A DNA stretch of 56,598 bases from Polyangia bacterium (GTDB lineage Bacteria > Myxococcota_A > Polyangia > Fen-1088): NCBI GenBank assembly GCA_036493295.1, contig DASXQB010000226.1, positions 1-56,598 of the forward strand, read 5' to 3'. Below are positions 19,443 to 28,541 of this stretch, piece after piece. The position numbers were made by a program, and so were the translations under genes. The notes beneath the pieces were generated by a model, which made no database searches, was not told the DNA's origin, and was given only the letters and a program-made list of their open reading frames with translations. Within the stretch, counting starts at the first letter, position 1; each line of letters opens with the position of its first letter.

Positions 19443-21311
19443 CTATTGCCGGCGGCGACGCCGGCTGGCGACGACGGTCGCTAGCAGCAGCGAGGACAGA
19501 GCGACGCTGGTCGAACGCGGGCCGACCGGATCAACGGTCGTGCAGGCGCAACCGGATACGGCCCCGTCGCCGGCCTTGCCCATCGGCGCGCCGGGCATGC
19601 CGGCGTCGGCCATGGGGAGCATCGTCGAACCGCCGTTGCCGTTCGTGCCCGCGGGCGGAACGTCGGCGGAGGCGTCAGCTCCGGGGAGCGGTTCGCCGGT
19701 GCCGCCGGTCCCGCTGCGTCCGCCGGTACCATTGCCGCCGCCACCGTTGCGCCCGCCCGCCGCGCCGGTGTCGGCGCGGCCAGCGTCCATGGTGTTCATG
19801 GTGCCGGTGCCCGCGTCGCTGGTGATCACCGTCCCGCCGTCCGAGCCGACGACGATGCCGCCGCCCGCGCCACAGCTCTGCGGACCTGGCGCTGCCAGCG
19901 TGGTGCCGTCGATGCACGTCGGCATTCCGGTGCCGCCGGCGATATCGATCTTCACCGTCGCCTTGGTGGCATCGGCCGACATCACGGTGATGGTGACCCC
20001 GCCCGCCGGATCGGTGAATGACTTGCCGACGCCCAGCGCGGCGTCGTTGAAGGTTGCCGTCTCGGGCGTCATGTCCAGCAGGTATGGATAGCGGCCGCCC
20101 TGGGCGATGGTGCGGTATTGCTCGCCGGCGTGGATCAGCACGCCCTGAAAGACGTTGCCGGCCGCCTTTTCAAAGTTGCCCGACAGTTGCCGGTACTCGA
20201 TGTAGTAGTACGCCAGGTTGGTGACGCCGCCGCCACCGCCGCCCGCCGCCGGCCGGGTGAAGGGCCGCGTCTTCGGCATCGGCACCTGCAAGACCTGGAT
20301 GGCGTTGCAGGCCAGCTCCATCGGGAAGATGTCGAACGTGCCGCTGCTGGGCGTGAGCACGCTGTTACAGCCCTGCACCCAGCCCTGATAGGCCTTCTGG
20401 TACATGTTCATGTGGTAACAGCCGTGGCCCATCGGATCGTACGGATCGCCGTATTCCGAATGCACGCAGGCGGTGACGTCGTCGGTCAGCGCGCCGCCCT
20501 TGCAGCTGATGGTCGACGAGTGCTGCATGCCGAAGTTGTGCCCTGGCTCTTGCGCCAGCACCACGCACCCGGCTGACCCGTTGAACCAGGTGTCCTTCGA
20601 CGGCTTGCTGGGCACGCCAACGCTGGCCAGGCCCGCCCAGCCGCAGGTGTTGCTGCGGTTGAAGTACCAGCCGTATTGATCGTACGCGGTGGGGATCATC
20701 GGCCGCAAGGCGGTGGTCAAGCCGCGGGTGTCGCAATTGCCCAACTGAAACTTGAGAGGTCCAACGACGTCGCCGGACAACGTTTGGATCCCGTACGACT
20801 CTTCCAGATAGTAGTGGGCCAGCGACGTGTCGATGCCGGTCGCGCTCTTGAACAGCAGCGACTGCGCCTGCGCGGAGGTCAGTGAGACGCCGGCGCCGGT
20901 GTCGACCAGCACGAAGGCGAACTTGCGATCGGGTTTCGGCGTGGCGCTGACCAGCGCGGATTGCTGGACGTCCTCGCGTGGGACCAGCGTGCTGTAGCTG
21001 CTGACCGCGATGTCGTCGCCGTGCCGTTCGCCCCACACGCCAATCGGTTGCCCCGGCGCGACGTCGGGCGGGCTGGCGAAGATCAGGCGTGGTTCGTCGG
21101 TCCCGCTGATGCGAAGGGCGTAGTCGGTCTCGGAATGGCCGTCATCGAAGGTGGCGATGGTGGCCGTCAGCTCGCCTTGAAAAGGGGCGGCGGTTCCTTC
21201 GCTGATGCCACCCGGGCTGCCAGCCCCCGGGTCACACGCGATGCCGGCAACGGAAAGAAGAAGACCAGCGATCAACGGGGCGGCGGGGGAGCGAAATCCT
21301 CGTGTGCTCAT
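19443..21311 (-). CDS. M11 (gametolysin)-like metallopeptidase homolog, lipoprotein, with MYXO-CTERM-type sorting tail
   Basis: Lipobox LLLSVAGIAC. Zinc-motif region AQEPGHNFGMQH (20520-20552) followed by EYGDPYDPMG. Gly-rich linker. C-terminus SGCACTTV...LSSLLLATVVASRRRRRQ (Cys motif, hydrophobic helix, Arg cluster). Confidence 0.7.
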   Translation of the reverse strand: MSTRGFRSPAAPLIAGLLLSVAGIACDPGAGSPGGISEGTAAPFQGELTATIATFDDGHSETDYALRISGTDEPRLIFASPPDVAPGQPIGVWGERHGDDIAVSSYSTLVPREDVQQSALVSATPKPDRKFAFVLVDTGAGVSLTSAQAQSLLFKSATGIDTSLAHYYLEESYGIQTLSGDVVGPLKFQLGNCDTRGLTTALRPMIPTAYDQYGWYFNRSNTCGWAGLASVGVPSKPSKDTWFNGSAGCVVLAQEPGHNFGMQHSSTISCKGGALTDDVTACVHSEYGDPYDPMGHGCYHMNMYQKAYQGWVQGCNSVLTPSSGTFDIFPMELACNAIQVLQVPMPKTRPFTRPAAGGGGGGVTNLAYYYIEYRQLSGNFEKAAGNVFQGVLIHAGEQYRTIAQGGRYPYLLDMTPETATFNDAALGVGKSFTDPAGGVTITVMSADATKATVKIDIAGGTGMPTCIDGTTLAAPGPQSCGAGGGIVVGSDGGTVITSDAGTGTMNTMDAGRADTGAAGGRNGGGGNGTGGRSGTGGTGEPLPGADASADVPPAGTNGNGGSTMLPMADAGMPGAPMGKAGDGAVSGCACTTVDPVGPRSTSVALSSLLLATVVASRRRRRQ

Positions 21312-21324
21312 GGTGGTTGTTTCA

Positions 21325-21339
21325 GCAACGTTCGTTCCA
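21325..21339 (-). promoter_or_regulatory. sigma-54-like -24/-12 element (TGGAAC-N5-TTGC), doubtful because it abuts the start codon
   Basis: The minus strand reads TGGAACgaacgTTGCtgaaacaaccaccATG. Only 13 nt separate TTGC from the ATG at 21311. Confidence 0.3.
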
Positions 21340-21456
21340 GATTGCCGACACGTAACTTCAGGTAGTTACAGGCGCGTTACCGGTCACATGCGATGGCCGC
21401 CGTCGCGAACCGCGATCGATCTCATCGCACGCGCGCCGTTCAGCGAAAGACGCCGT

Positions 21457-22428
21457 TCAGCGAAAGATCAGCGCGGTGATAAACCCGAACAGCAAGGCGA
21501 CCACGCAAGAAGCCCAGAAGGGCAGGCCGGTCAGTGACTCTAGCGGCAGAAAAAAGCGGGTGGCCTTGCCGCCGAATCGCCGCCGGCGGCGGCGCCGGGC
21601 GCCTTCAGCGATCACGGGCGGGTGCGACCAGTCCTTGAAATGCCACGGGCGCGGCACCTCGGCCGTGTCGTGGCGTTGGGGCGGCGTCTCGATCAACAGG
21701 CGGCCAGTGGTCATGGCGAGAGTCTCGGTCTGCAACGTGGTCGACAGCACCACCTTGGGCAGCGGCGCGGGGCTGCGGCGATCGGGCCGGGCGGCGGCGA
21801 AGTTGATGTTCGGCTGGGCGCGCCCGTCAGTGGTTCCATCGGGCAACAGGCGGCGCGCGTGGGTGACGTCGATGTCCAGCGCCAGGCGCGGCACGCCGTC
21901 CGAAAGCGTCGGCTCCAGCGTCACACGGCTGAGCACGCCGTTGGTGGTGGCGTCGTCGGGATCGCTTTCGCGGTGAATACCCACCTCGGAATCGAGGCGC
22001 AGGAACGGGAGCGCTGTGCTGAGCCGAATGGTGTCCCCGTCATAGACGGCCTGACAGCGCACCGGGCTTTGCATGCCGAGCAAATGAACCTTGGCTTCGA
22101 CCGCTTCGATCTGGTGCAGGCCGACGTAGCCACGCAAGGCGGCCACGTCACGCGCGGACAGATCACAGAACGCGACGGCCACGCCGATCATGCCGGGCAG
22201 CGCTTCCAGCCGCGTGATGTGACCGGTCAGTTTGCGCGGGCCACCGTCCAGCAGCACGGCGCAGATCACCTGGCTGCCGATCTCGCACGGCTCGACACAG
22301 TGGACGTAGACGCCGCTGGCGCTGAGGTTCACACCGCGGGCGACGATACGTTTGCCACCGCCGGCCCGGATCAGCGACACGTCTTCCGGATACGGAACCC
22401 GTGGCTCGACTCTGCGCGAATGCTTCAT
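21457..22428 (-). CDS. PilZ domain protein with C-terminal membrane anchor
   Basis: PilZ signature RRVEPR (RxxxR) and NLSASG (D/NxSxxG). Arg-rich stretch followed by the hydrophobic helix LPFWASCVVALLFGFITALIF. Confidence 0.75.
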   Translation of the reverse strand: MKHSRRVEPRVPYPEDVSLIRAGGGKRIVARGVNLSASGVYVHCVEPCEIGSQVICAVLLDGGPRKLTGHITRLEALPGMIGVAVAFCDLSARDVAALRGYVGLHQIEAVEAKVHLLGMQSPVRCQAVYDGDTIRLSTALPFLRLDSEVGIHRESDPDDATTNGVLSRVTLEPTLSDGVPRLALDIDVTHARRLLPDGTTDGRAQPNINFAAARPDRRSPAPLPKVVLSTTLQTETLAMTTGRLLIETPPQRHDTAEVPRPWHFKDWSHPPVIAEGARRRRRRRFGGKATRFFLPLESLTGLPFWASCVVALLFGFITALIFR

Positions 22429-22569
22429 CGATCCCCGGATTATTTTCCCACACGACCGCGGCGGCGATCCGGGAAAACAAGGCGCGCCCGCAGTTTTGGC
22501 GGGTATCCACCGACGTTGTCGCGCGCCGCCTACCCGCGCCGCGCTTGTAGGCGAGGGCGCGCGCGGCCT

Positions 22570-23361
22570 TTAGTCTTGGGCGTCGCGCAGGACAGCCTCG
22601 CGCACGGCCGCGAACGATCGCCGGTGAATGGCGCAGGCACCGATGCGGCGAAGCGCCTTGAAGTGCGCGCGCACCGGATAGCCTTTGTGCTTGGCGAAGC
22701 CGTATCCGGGATACAAGCGATCAAGCTCGGCCATGCGAGCGTCGCGGGCGGTCTTGGCCAGGATGGACGCTGCCGCGATGGACAGACTCTTCTGATCGCC
22801 TTTGATGATTCCCTGCTGGGGGAGGGGTACGTCCTTCAAGCGTCGGGCGTCGATCAGCAAATGTTCGGGCGACTGCGACAAACCCTCCACCGCGCGCCGC
22901 ATGGCCAGCAGGCCCGCGTGATAGATGTTGATGCGATCGATCTCCTCGGGTTCGACGAAGGCCACGCACCAGGCGACGCTGATCTGTTTGATGATCGGCG
23001 CCAGGCGATCGCGCTCGGCGGCGTCCAGACGTTTGGAATCGTCGACGCCAGGGATGCGGGCGCCGGGCGGGAAGATCACCGCCGCCGCCGCCACCGGGCC
23101 GGCCAGCGGGCTCATGCCGGCCTCGTCGATGCCGGCCACGCGCGTGCAGCCTGCGGCCCACAGCGCGTTTTCATAGCGCAGGATCGAACGCAGGCGCTGC
23201 CCCTCGGCGCGGTTCTTTCGACGACGGGTGGCCACCGCCTTCAAGATGGCCAGCGCGCCGGGGCGGCCGTCGGCGCGCAGCATCGCTTCCAGCGCGGCCG
23301 GCAGCGGGTGGCCGCCGGTCACGTGACGGGCTTTGATCTCGGAAAGCGACGGCGCGGGCAC
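22570..23361 (-). CDS. rnhB: ribonuclease HII
   Basis: Motifs [20 protein letters not shown] and the AASILAK core typical of RNase HII. Confidence 0.9.
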   Translation of the reverse strand: MPAPSLSEIKARHVTGGHPLPAALEAMLRADGRPGALAILKAVATRRRKNRAEGQRLRSILRYENALWAAGCTRVAGIDEAGMSPLAGPVAAAAVIFPPGARIPGVDDSKRLDAAERDRLAPIIKQISVAWCVAFVEPEEIDRINIYHAGLLAMRRAVEGLSQSPEHLLIDARRLKDVPLPQQGIIKGDQKSLSIAAASILAKTARDARMAELDRLYPGYGFAKHKGYPVRAHFKALRRIGACAIHRRSFAAVREAVLRDAQD

Positions 23362-23401
23362 GCGATCAAATTGCCACCGCGCGGGCGGCGCGACAAGCGA
23401 A

Positions 23402-23974
23402 TCAGAAAGGCGTTGCGCTGGCCACGGTGGTGACCGTCGCCGTCGATCCCGCCGGGGCCGTTGAATCGAAACGCGCGAAGGGCACCATGCCGGCGGCGCG
23501 CTGGCGATCGGTGCTGACCTGCCAGATGAAATTGAATCCGGCGATCTCGCCGGGCGTTTGCTGGTTCTCTGGCAGGGCGAAGTAAAGGTCCATGGTGATG
23601 CGCTCGCCGGGCGTGATGGCCAGGATGGGCGCGCCCTGCGCGGTGGTCTTCACGTCGCTGGCATGGATTTGGATGCCGCCCGGCAAGGTGACGAGCTGAT
23701 CGCGAATATCGATCGCCCATGGGCCCTTGCCGGCGACGTTAAAGACGGTGATGCGCACCATCAGGGCCGGACCTTCCTTGCCGTTGGCGCTGGCCGGGAC
23801 CACGCCTTCTGACGTGGCGAACAGCTCGCCGCGGGGTAGGACGCGCGGCACCACGTAACGGGCCACCGCGCTGTTGTCGGGGGTCAGGTTGGCGGTCTCC
23901 GTCGGGCGAAAGACGAAAGGTTGCGACGTCGCGCAACCCGATAACACCAGCAACAACAATCCAGCCGCTCGCAT
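23402..23974 (-). CDS. hypothetical lipoprotein
   Basis: Signal/lipobox [17 protein letters not shown]. High GC3 in frame. No recognisable catalytic motif. Confidence 0.6.
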   Translation of the reverse strand: MRAAGLLLLVLSGCATSQPFVFRPTETANLTPDNSAVARYVVPRVLPRGELFATSEGVVPASANGKEGPALMVRITVFNVAGKGPWAIDIRDQLVTLPGGIQIHASDVKTTAQGAPILAITPGERITMDLYFALPENQQTPGEIAGFNFIWQVSTDRQRAAGMVPFARFDSTAPAGSTATVTTVASATPF

Positions 23975-24093
23975 GTCTTCGCCGCTATCGGCAGCTGATC
24001 GTCGTTTCTTGAGGAATGGACGATTTTCGGGCGCGACCGCTAGCGCGGGAAAGGAACGCGCAACCGGTCCGGTTTCTTGATAGTGTGGAAGGC

Positions 24094-25014
24094 ATGGCTT
24101 CGGCGGTGGATCACCGCGAGATCACCCAGAACACCGATTCGCTCTCGGATCGGCCGACGCCGCTGCGTCGGAGCGAAAAGTCCTGCCTGGTGGTTCTGGC
24201 CGGATCCAGCTTCGGCGAGATGTACCAAGTTCCGACTGGCCGAACGGTGATCGGACGCGGTGAGAGCGCCGGCGTGCGCATCCTGGATGACGGTATCTCG
24301 CGCGAGCACGCCGCCATCGAAAGCGACGGCGCCCACGCCGTGCTGGTCGATCTGAAGTCCACCAACGGCACCTTCTGCAACGGCCTGCGCGTCGCCCGGC
24401 ACGAACTTTCGGACGGCGACAAGATCGCGCTCGGGGCCAACACCATCCTGAAGTTCACCTATCAGGACGAGCTGGAAGCCCACTTTCAAAAGCAGCTTTA
24501 CGAATCGGCGCTGCGCGACGGCCTGACCAACAGCTTCAACCGCCGCTATTTTCTCGATCGGTTGAACGGCGAGATGAAATTCGCCAAGCGGCACCAGACA
24601 GCGCTGGCCTTGCTGTTTCTGGATCTCGACCACTTCAAGAAGATCAACGACAACTACGGCCATCCGGCTGGCGACCGCGTGCTGGCCGACGTGTCAGCGC
24701 GCATCGCCGCCATGCTGCGCACGGAAGACGTCTTTGCCCGTTACGGCGGTGAAGAGTTCGCCGTCGTCTGTCGCGGCATCGATCTGCCAGGCGCCGAGGC
24801 GCTGGCCACCCGTGTTCTGGCCGCCGTGCGCGAGATGCGCATCGAACACGCCGGTCGCACCATTCTGGTGACGGTCAGCATCGGGGTGGCCGTCGATGGC
24901 ACGCTGCCTGACGTACACGCCCTGATCGCCGCAGCGGACGCAGCGATGTACGAGGCCAAGCGGCAAGGGCGTGACCGTTTGGTCTGTCATCGGGCGGGCG
25001 CGGTCGCGCGCTGA
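24094..25014 (+). CDS. FHA domain-containing diguanylate cyclase (GGDEF)
   Basis: FHA domain (TVIGRGESAGVRILDDGISREHAAI...DLKSTNGTFCNG). GGDEF domain (LTNSFNRRYF, DLDHFKKINDNYGHPAGD, GGEEF at 24745-24759). RxxD I-site RTED at 24718-24729. I preferred ATG 24094 over 24016 because GC3 rises only after 24094. Confidence 0.9.
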   Translation: MASAVDHREITQNTDSLSDRPTPLRRSEKSCLVVLAGSSFGEMYQVPTGRTVIGRGESAGVRILDDGISREHAAIESDGAHAVLVDLKSTNGTFCNGLRVARHELSDGDKIALGANTILKFTYQDELEAHFQKQLYESALRDGLTNSFNRRYFLDRLNGEMKFAKRHQTALALLFLDLDHFKKINDNYGHPAGDRVLADVSARIAAMLRTEDVFARYGGEEFAVVCRGIDLPGAEALATRVLAAVREMRIEHAGRTILVTVSIGVAVDGTLPDVHALIAAADAAMYEAKRQGRDRLVCHRAGAVAR

Positions 25015-25063
25015 AAGAAAAAAATTCCGACAATGTTGTCTGCCGCGCTGGTGTGGCGCCGTG

Positions 25064-25726
25064 ATGAGTAAATCGACGGCGAACGTGAGCCTTCGCGTCG
25101 GCCAGGACATTCGCCTGGCGGTGGAGGACGCGCAGACCTACGGCGAGCTGCAGGGGTCCATTCTGCAGCTCGGAAAAAAGCAGTTGATGCTGGCCTTCCC
25201 GAACTATCGCGAGTTGCCGGGCGTGATGGTGGGCGCCAGCGCGGTGCTGAGCCTGTGGGACGACCTCGGCCTGCACCAAGGAAAATCGCGCATGCTGGTG
25301 GTGACCACGCAACCCTACCCAGGCGCGATCATCGAACGGCCGCGTGCGTTCGTGACCCGCCAGAAGCGCGGATATTTTCGGGTCGCCACCAGCTTGGCCA
25401 TCACCTTCGTGCCGGCGCCGGCGGCGGGACCTGCGTCGCCGCTGCCGGCGGTGACCGACGACATCAGCGCGGGCGGCGTGCGGTTTCACACCCACGCGCC
25501 GCTGGAGGTGGGCGCCGAGCTGCGCCTGGGCGTGGATTTTCCGCGCGCCGACATGGCCGCCAGCCACGAGCTGGTGGCGGTGGATGGGCGGGTGCTGCGT
25601 GTGACTTCCGTGCAGGTCGAGGAAGAAGCGCAGTTCACGGTGAGCTGCCAGTTCCAGAATGTGCGGCAAAGCGAACGCGATCGTCTGGTGAAACTGCTTC
25701 TGGATCTGCAGCGGCGTGCGCGCTGA
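25064..25726 (+). CDS. PilZ domain protein (YcgR-like two-domain layout)
   Basis: PilZ signature RQKRGYFR and DISAGGVRF. ATG at 25064, 49 bp after the cyclase stop. Confidence 0.8.
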   Translation: MSKSTANVSLRVGQDIRLAVEDAQTYGELQGSILQLGKKQLMLAFPNYRELPGVMVGASAVLSLWDDLGLHQGKSRMLVVTTQPYPGAIIERPRAFVTRQKRGYFRVATSLAITFVPAPAAGPASPLPAVTDDISAGGVRFHTHAPLEVGAELRLGVDFPRADMAASHELVAVDGRVLRVTSVQVEEEAQFTVSCQFQNVRQSERDRLVKLLLDLQRRAR

Positions 25727-25803
25727 GGCGCGGCGAAGTCGTCGGTACGCACGCGCGCGAATCGCGCATGCGCCCAGCAGCCCTGGTATGGTGGTCCCCA
25801 TTG

Positions 25804-27891
25804 ATGAGATCGTCGAGATCGTCTGCTCTGCGCAAGCAGATCCTGTTTCCTCTGTTCGGCATCGCGCTGGGGTCGTTTGGCTGCCGGGGATCGGCCACGC
25901 TGCAACCGGCGTCGGCGCCCGCCAACCACGCCGAGGCACCAGCCGCCACGCCGACGGCCCCGTCGAAGAGCGCGGCAACGCCGGCACCACCGCCGCCGGC
26001 CGCGCCGGTCTCCGAAGCGGAGGCGCTGAAGCCGCGCGATGATTTGCCGCCCGATCGCCGGGCGATCGTGCTTGTCGACGGCAAAGAGCGCTGGGTGGAC
26101 GCCGCGGCCATCGAATCGGCCGGCTATACGCTGATCGATCTGCGCGACGACTGGACGCCGTACATCTTCGCCGAGCAGAAGACGCCCGAGGGCGAGCCGT
26201 TGCCCAATCGTTATCGGCGCATCTTCCTGGGCCTGGCCAACGATCAATTGGACAACGACGGCGAACCGCTGCAACCCGGCGAGAAGAACTATCTCGAGCT
26301 GTACGGGATCTTTCCGTCGCTGTCGGTGCTGCGCGAGCGGTTCATCAACGACGGCGAGCACCCCTGTCACGATCAGCAGAGCGCCGACGTGCTGGACGCT
26401 GTCGAGACCGTCACCTATGTCGCGCCGAAAGACCTCAAGCGCGACGAACATCGGCTGGCCCGCATCCGCGAGGAGCTGGAGACGGCTCGTCGCAAGGCGC
26501 ACGTCCACACGCTGGATGACCTGGCCGCGAAGAAGCCGGAGTTTTCCGCCAAGGTGAAGCTGCTGGCCAAGCGCGCCGCCGAAAAGCCGGCCATGGCCGC
26601 CGTCGAGCAACGCCTGACCTGCGAGGGCTTGCTGACGCCGAAAAGCAAGCACCAGACCGGCATCTACGACGATGCCATGCGCCTGGCGGTGCGGCACTTC
26701 CAGCAAAAGCACATGATCTACGAGGCCAACTATCTGCGGCGGCAAACCGTCGACGCACTGGCCCGGCCGCCTCTCGACAATGACTTCGACGGGCTGGGGC
26801 GGGCGCTGCGCGAACGGGTGATCTCGGCGGCGGGGATTTTGGAAGACGGGTCAGTGTCGCAGAAGAGCGGGGGGCACGATCTGGTCGACGAGTACACGCA
26901 GGTGGCGAAGGAACAGCTGGGATTGAAGGACGGCCCAGGCGCGCTGGCCTTCTTCCAGCGCCACCCGGCCGAGGACTTCCGCACCTTGCGCGCGGCGGTG
27001 AAGCTGCCGGCGCGTCCCGATTACTACAGCGACGCCATGGACCTTTCGATCGTCGTCGATCGCGGCGACATCTGGTACGAACCGCCCTTCGACGAGAAGG
27101 GCAACTACAAGCCGCAAGCGCGCAAGAAATATCCCAGCCTGACCTTGTACGAGACGTACCAGGGCAAGAAGTTCCCGCTGGCCCGCTGGCGCACGACCAT
27201 CGGCGGCTGGCGGGCCGAGCAAGCGTCCGATGGATACGAATATTTTCGTTACAAGATGTCGGACATCGGGCCGCGGGTGATCCGGCAAGTGGTCTCGGGA
27301 CCGGTGTGGATCCCGCCGGCGTCGACGCCCATCCGGCAGTTGATCAAGGGAAAGACGGTCAACAAGAAATGGATGAAGGTCGTCAACTATGAAGAGTTCG
27401 GCCCCGGCTTTTACTCGGCGTACGGTTTGATTGCCGGGTACTTCGTGCTGCCGGGCCAGAACGGGCGCAACGACTTTGACAACGGCGTGCGGGCGCACGG
27501 GTCATCGGACTATCTGTCGATCTACAGTCCCAACGGTTATTCGCACGGTTGCCACCGGCTGCCCAATCACATCGCCATCCGCCTTTACTCGTTCATCTTG
27601 AAGCACCGCCACATGAACGTGGGCGGCGATCAGCCGATGAATTTTTCGCGGCAGTTCCTGTCAGGCGAGGAAGTGTTCGAGATCCGCGTTCCGTCGCGCG
27701 GGTACGCGTACTATCTGGATCCGCCGCTGCCGGTGAACGTGCTGGAAGGCGACATCAAAGGCCAAGTGAAGAAGCCGATCTTGGGATATGTCCCCGAGCC
27801 TTGGGCCAAATACCCGGGGCCGCCACCGCTGGCGCCCGACAGTCCAGAAGCAAAAGCCGGTGGAGGCGCGTGCACGTCATGTGGACAATGA
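25804..27891 (+). CDS. L,D-transpeptidase (YkuD) family lipoprotein with peptidoglycan-binding-like region
   Basis: Signal/lipobox MRSSRSSALRKQILFPLFGIALGSFGC. PG-binding-like AMRLAVRHFQQKHMIYEANYL. Catalytic motif AHGSS...GYSHGCHRLPN (SHGCHRL at 27541-27561). Confidence 0.8.
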   Translation: MRSSRSSALRKQILFPLFGIALGSFGCRGSATLQPASAPANHAEAPAATPTAPSKSAATPAPPPPAAPVSEAEALKPRDDLPPDRRAIVLVDGKERWVDAAAIESAGYTLIDLRDDWTPYIFAEQKTPEGEPLPNRYRRIFLGLANDQLDNDGEPLQPGEKNYLELYGIFPSLSVLRERFINDGEHPCHDQQSADVLDAVETVTYVAPKDLKRDEHRLARIREELETARRKAHVHTLDDLAAKKPEFSAKVKLLAKRAAEKPAMAAVEQRLTCEGLLTPKSKHQTGIYDDAMRLAVRHFQQKHMIYEANYLRRQTVDALARPPLDNDFDGLGRALRERVISAAGILEDGSVSQKSGGHDLVDEYTQVAKEQLGLKDGPGALAFFQRHPAEDFRTLRAAVKLPARPDYYSDAMDLSIVVDRGDIWYEPPFDEKGNYKPQARKKYPSLTLYETYQGKKFPLARWRTTIGGWRAEQASDGYEYFRYKMSDIGPRVIRQVVSGPVWIPPASTPIRQLIKGKTVNKKWMKVVNYEEFGPGFYSAYGLIAGYFVLPGQNGRNDFDNGVRAHGSSDYLSIYSPNGYSHGCHRLPNHIAIRLYSFILKHRHMNVGGDQPMNFSRQFLSGEEVFEIRVPSRGYAYYLDPPLPVNVLEGDIKGQVKKPILGYVPEPWAKYPGPPPLAPDSPEAKAGGGACTSCGQ

Positions 27892-28472
27892 GAGCTGCGC
27901 GACCCGTGCTGACCCGACCACGCATACAAGCCCGAACGCAAGTCGGACGACTGCTGGCGCCGGCGCTGGTGGTGGCGGTGATTGGTTGCGCCGCCTCGCA
28001 CGCGGCCGACGGTGCACCGCCGGCGACGTCTCCGGTTGGCGACGCGCCACGCGCGGCGACGGCAAGCGGAGTGGCGGCCACCCCCCCGGCGCCGCCGTCA
28101 GAGACCGTGCGCATCGTGCTGACGTTGATCCCGTCGACCGCCACCGCCAAGGTGCTGCTGGGGAAAAAAGTTCTCGGGGTGGTGCCGCCGCGCAAGCCGC
28201 TGGTCATCGTGCGGCCGCGCGACAGCGGGCCTTTAGATGTTCTGGTTCGTGCCGATGGTTTCTTGCCGGTGCAGACGCGCATTTACACCTTCGCCGACAG
28301 CAAGCTGGGCGTGAAGCTGACGGCGCCTGAAGACAAGAAGACGCTGCTTGGTTATCGCGAGCCGCCGCCGCCACCGCCGCCCGAGGAAGCGCCCGCGGCG
28401 CCGGGCGCGCCCGCGGCGGCACCGAGCAATGAACAACCGGCCGCCGCTTCCGACAGCGGAGCGCCTCCATGA
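27879..28472 (+). CDS. lipoprotein, PEGA-like beta domain and Pro-rich tail
   Basis: Lipobox VVAVIGCAAS. PEGA-like stretch VLLGKKVLGVVPPRKPLVIVRPRDSGPLDVLVRADGFLPV. Tail PPPPPPPEEAPAAPGAP. The start (27879 or 27888) overlaps the upstream stop (ATGA at 27888-27891). GGAGG at 27862-27866. Confidence 0.55.
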   Translation: MWTMRAARPVLTRPRIQARTQVGRLLAPALVVAVIGCAASHAADGAPPATSPVGDAPRAATASGVAATPPAPPSETVRIVLTLIPSTATAKVLLGKKVLGVVPPRKPLVIVRPRDSGPLDVLVRADGFLPVQTRIYTFADSKLGVKLTAPEDKKTLLGYREPPPPPPPEEAPAAPGAPAAAPSNEQPAAASDSGAPP

Positions 28473-28541
28473 GTCGATCGCCGATCGCGCCGCCGGCTAG
28501 ACGGCCGTGCAGCGATGGGCTATCAAAGTGATGGCTGCGCG

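Noticed and set aside
25255-25803. Long N-terminal extension of the L,D-transpeptidase ORF overlapping the PilZ gene
   Set aside because: The extension is Arg/Gly-rich and overlaps a good PilZ gene in another frame. A perfect lipoprotein signal peptide starts at the ATG at 25804.
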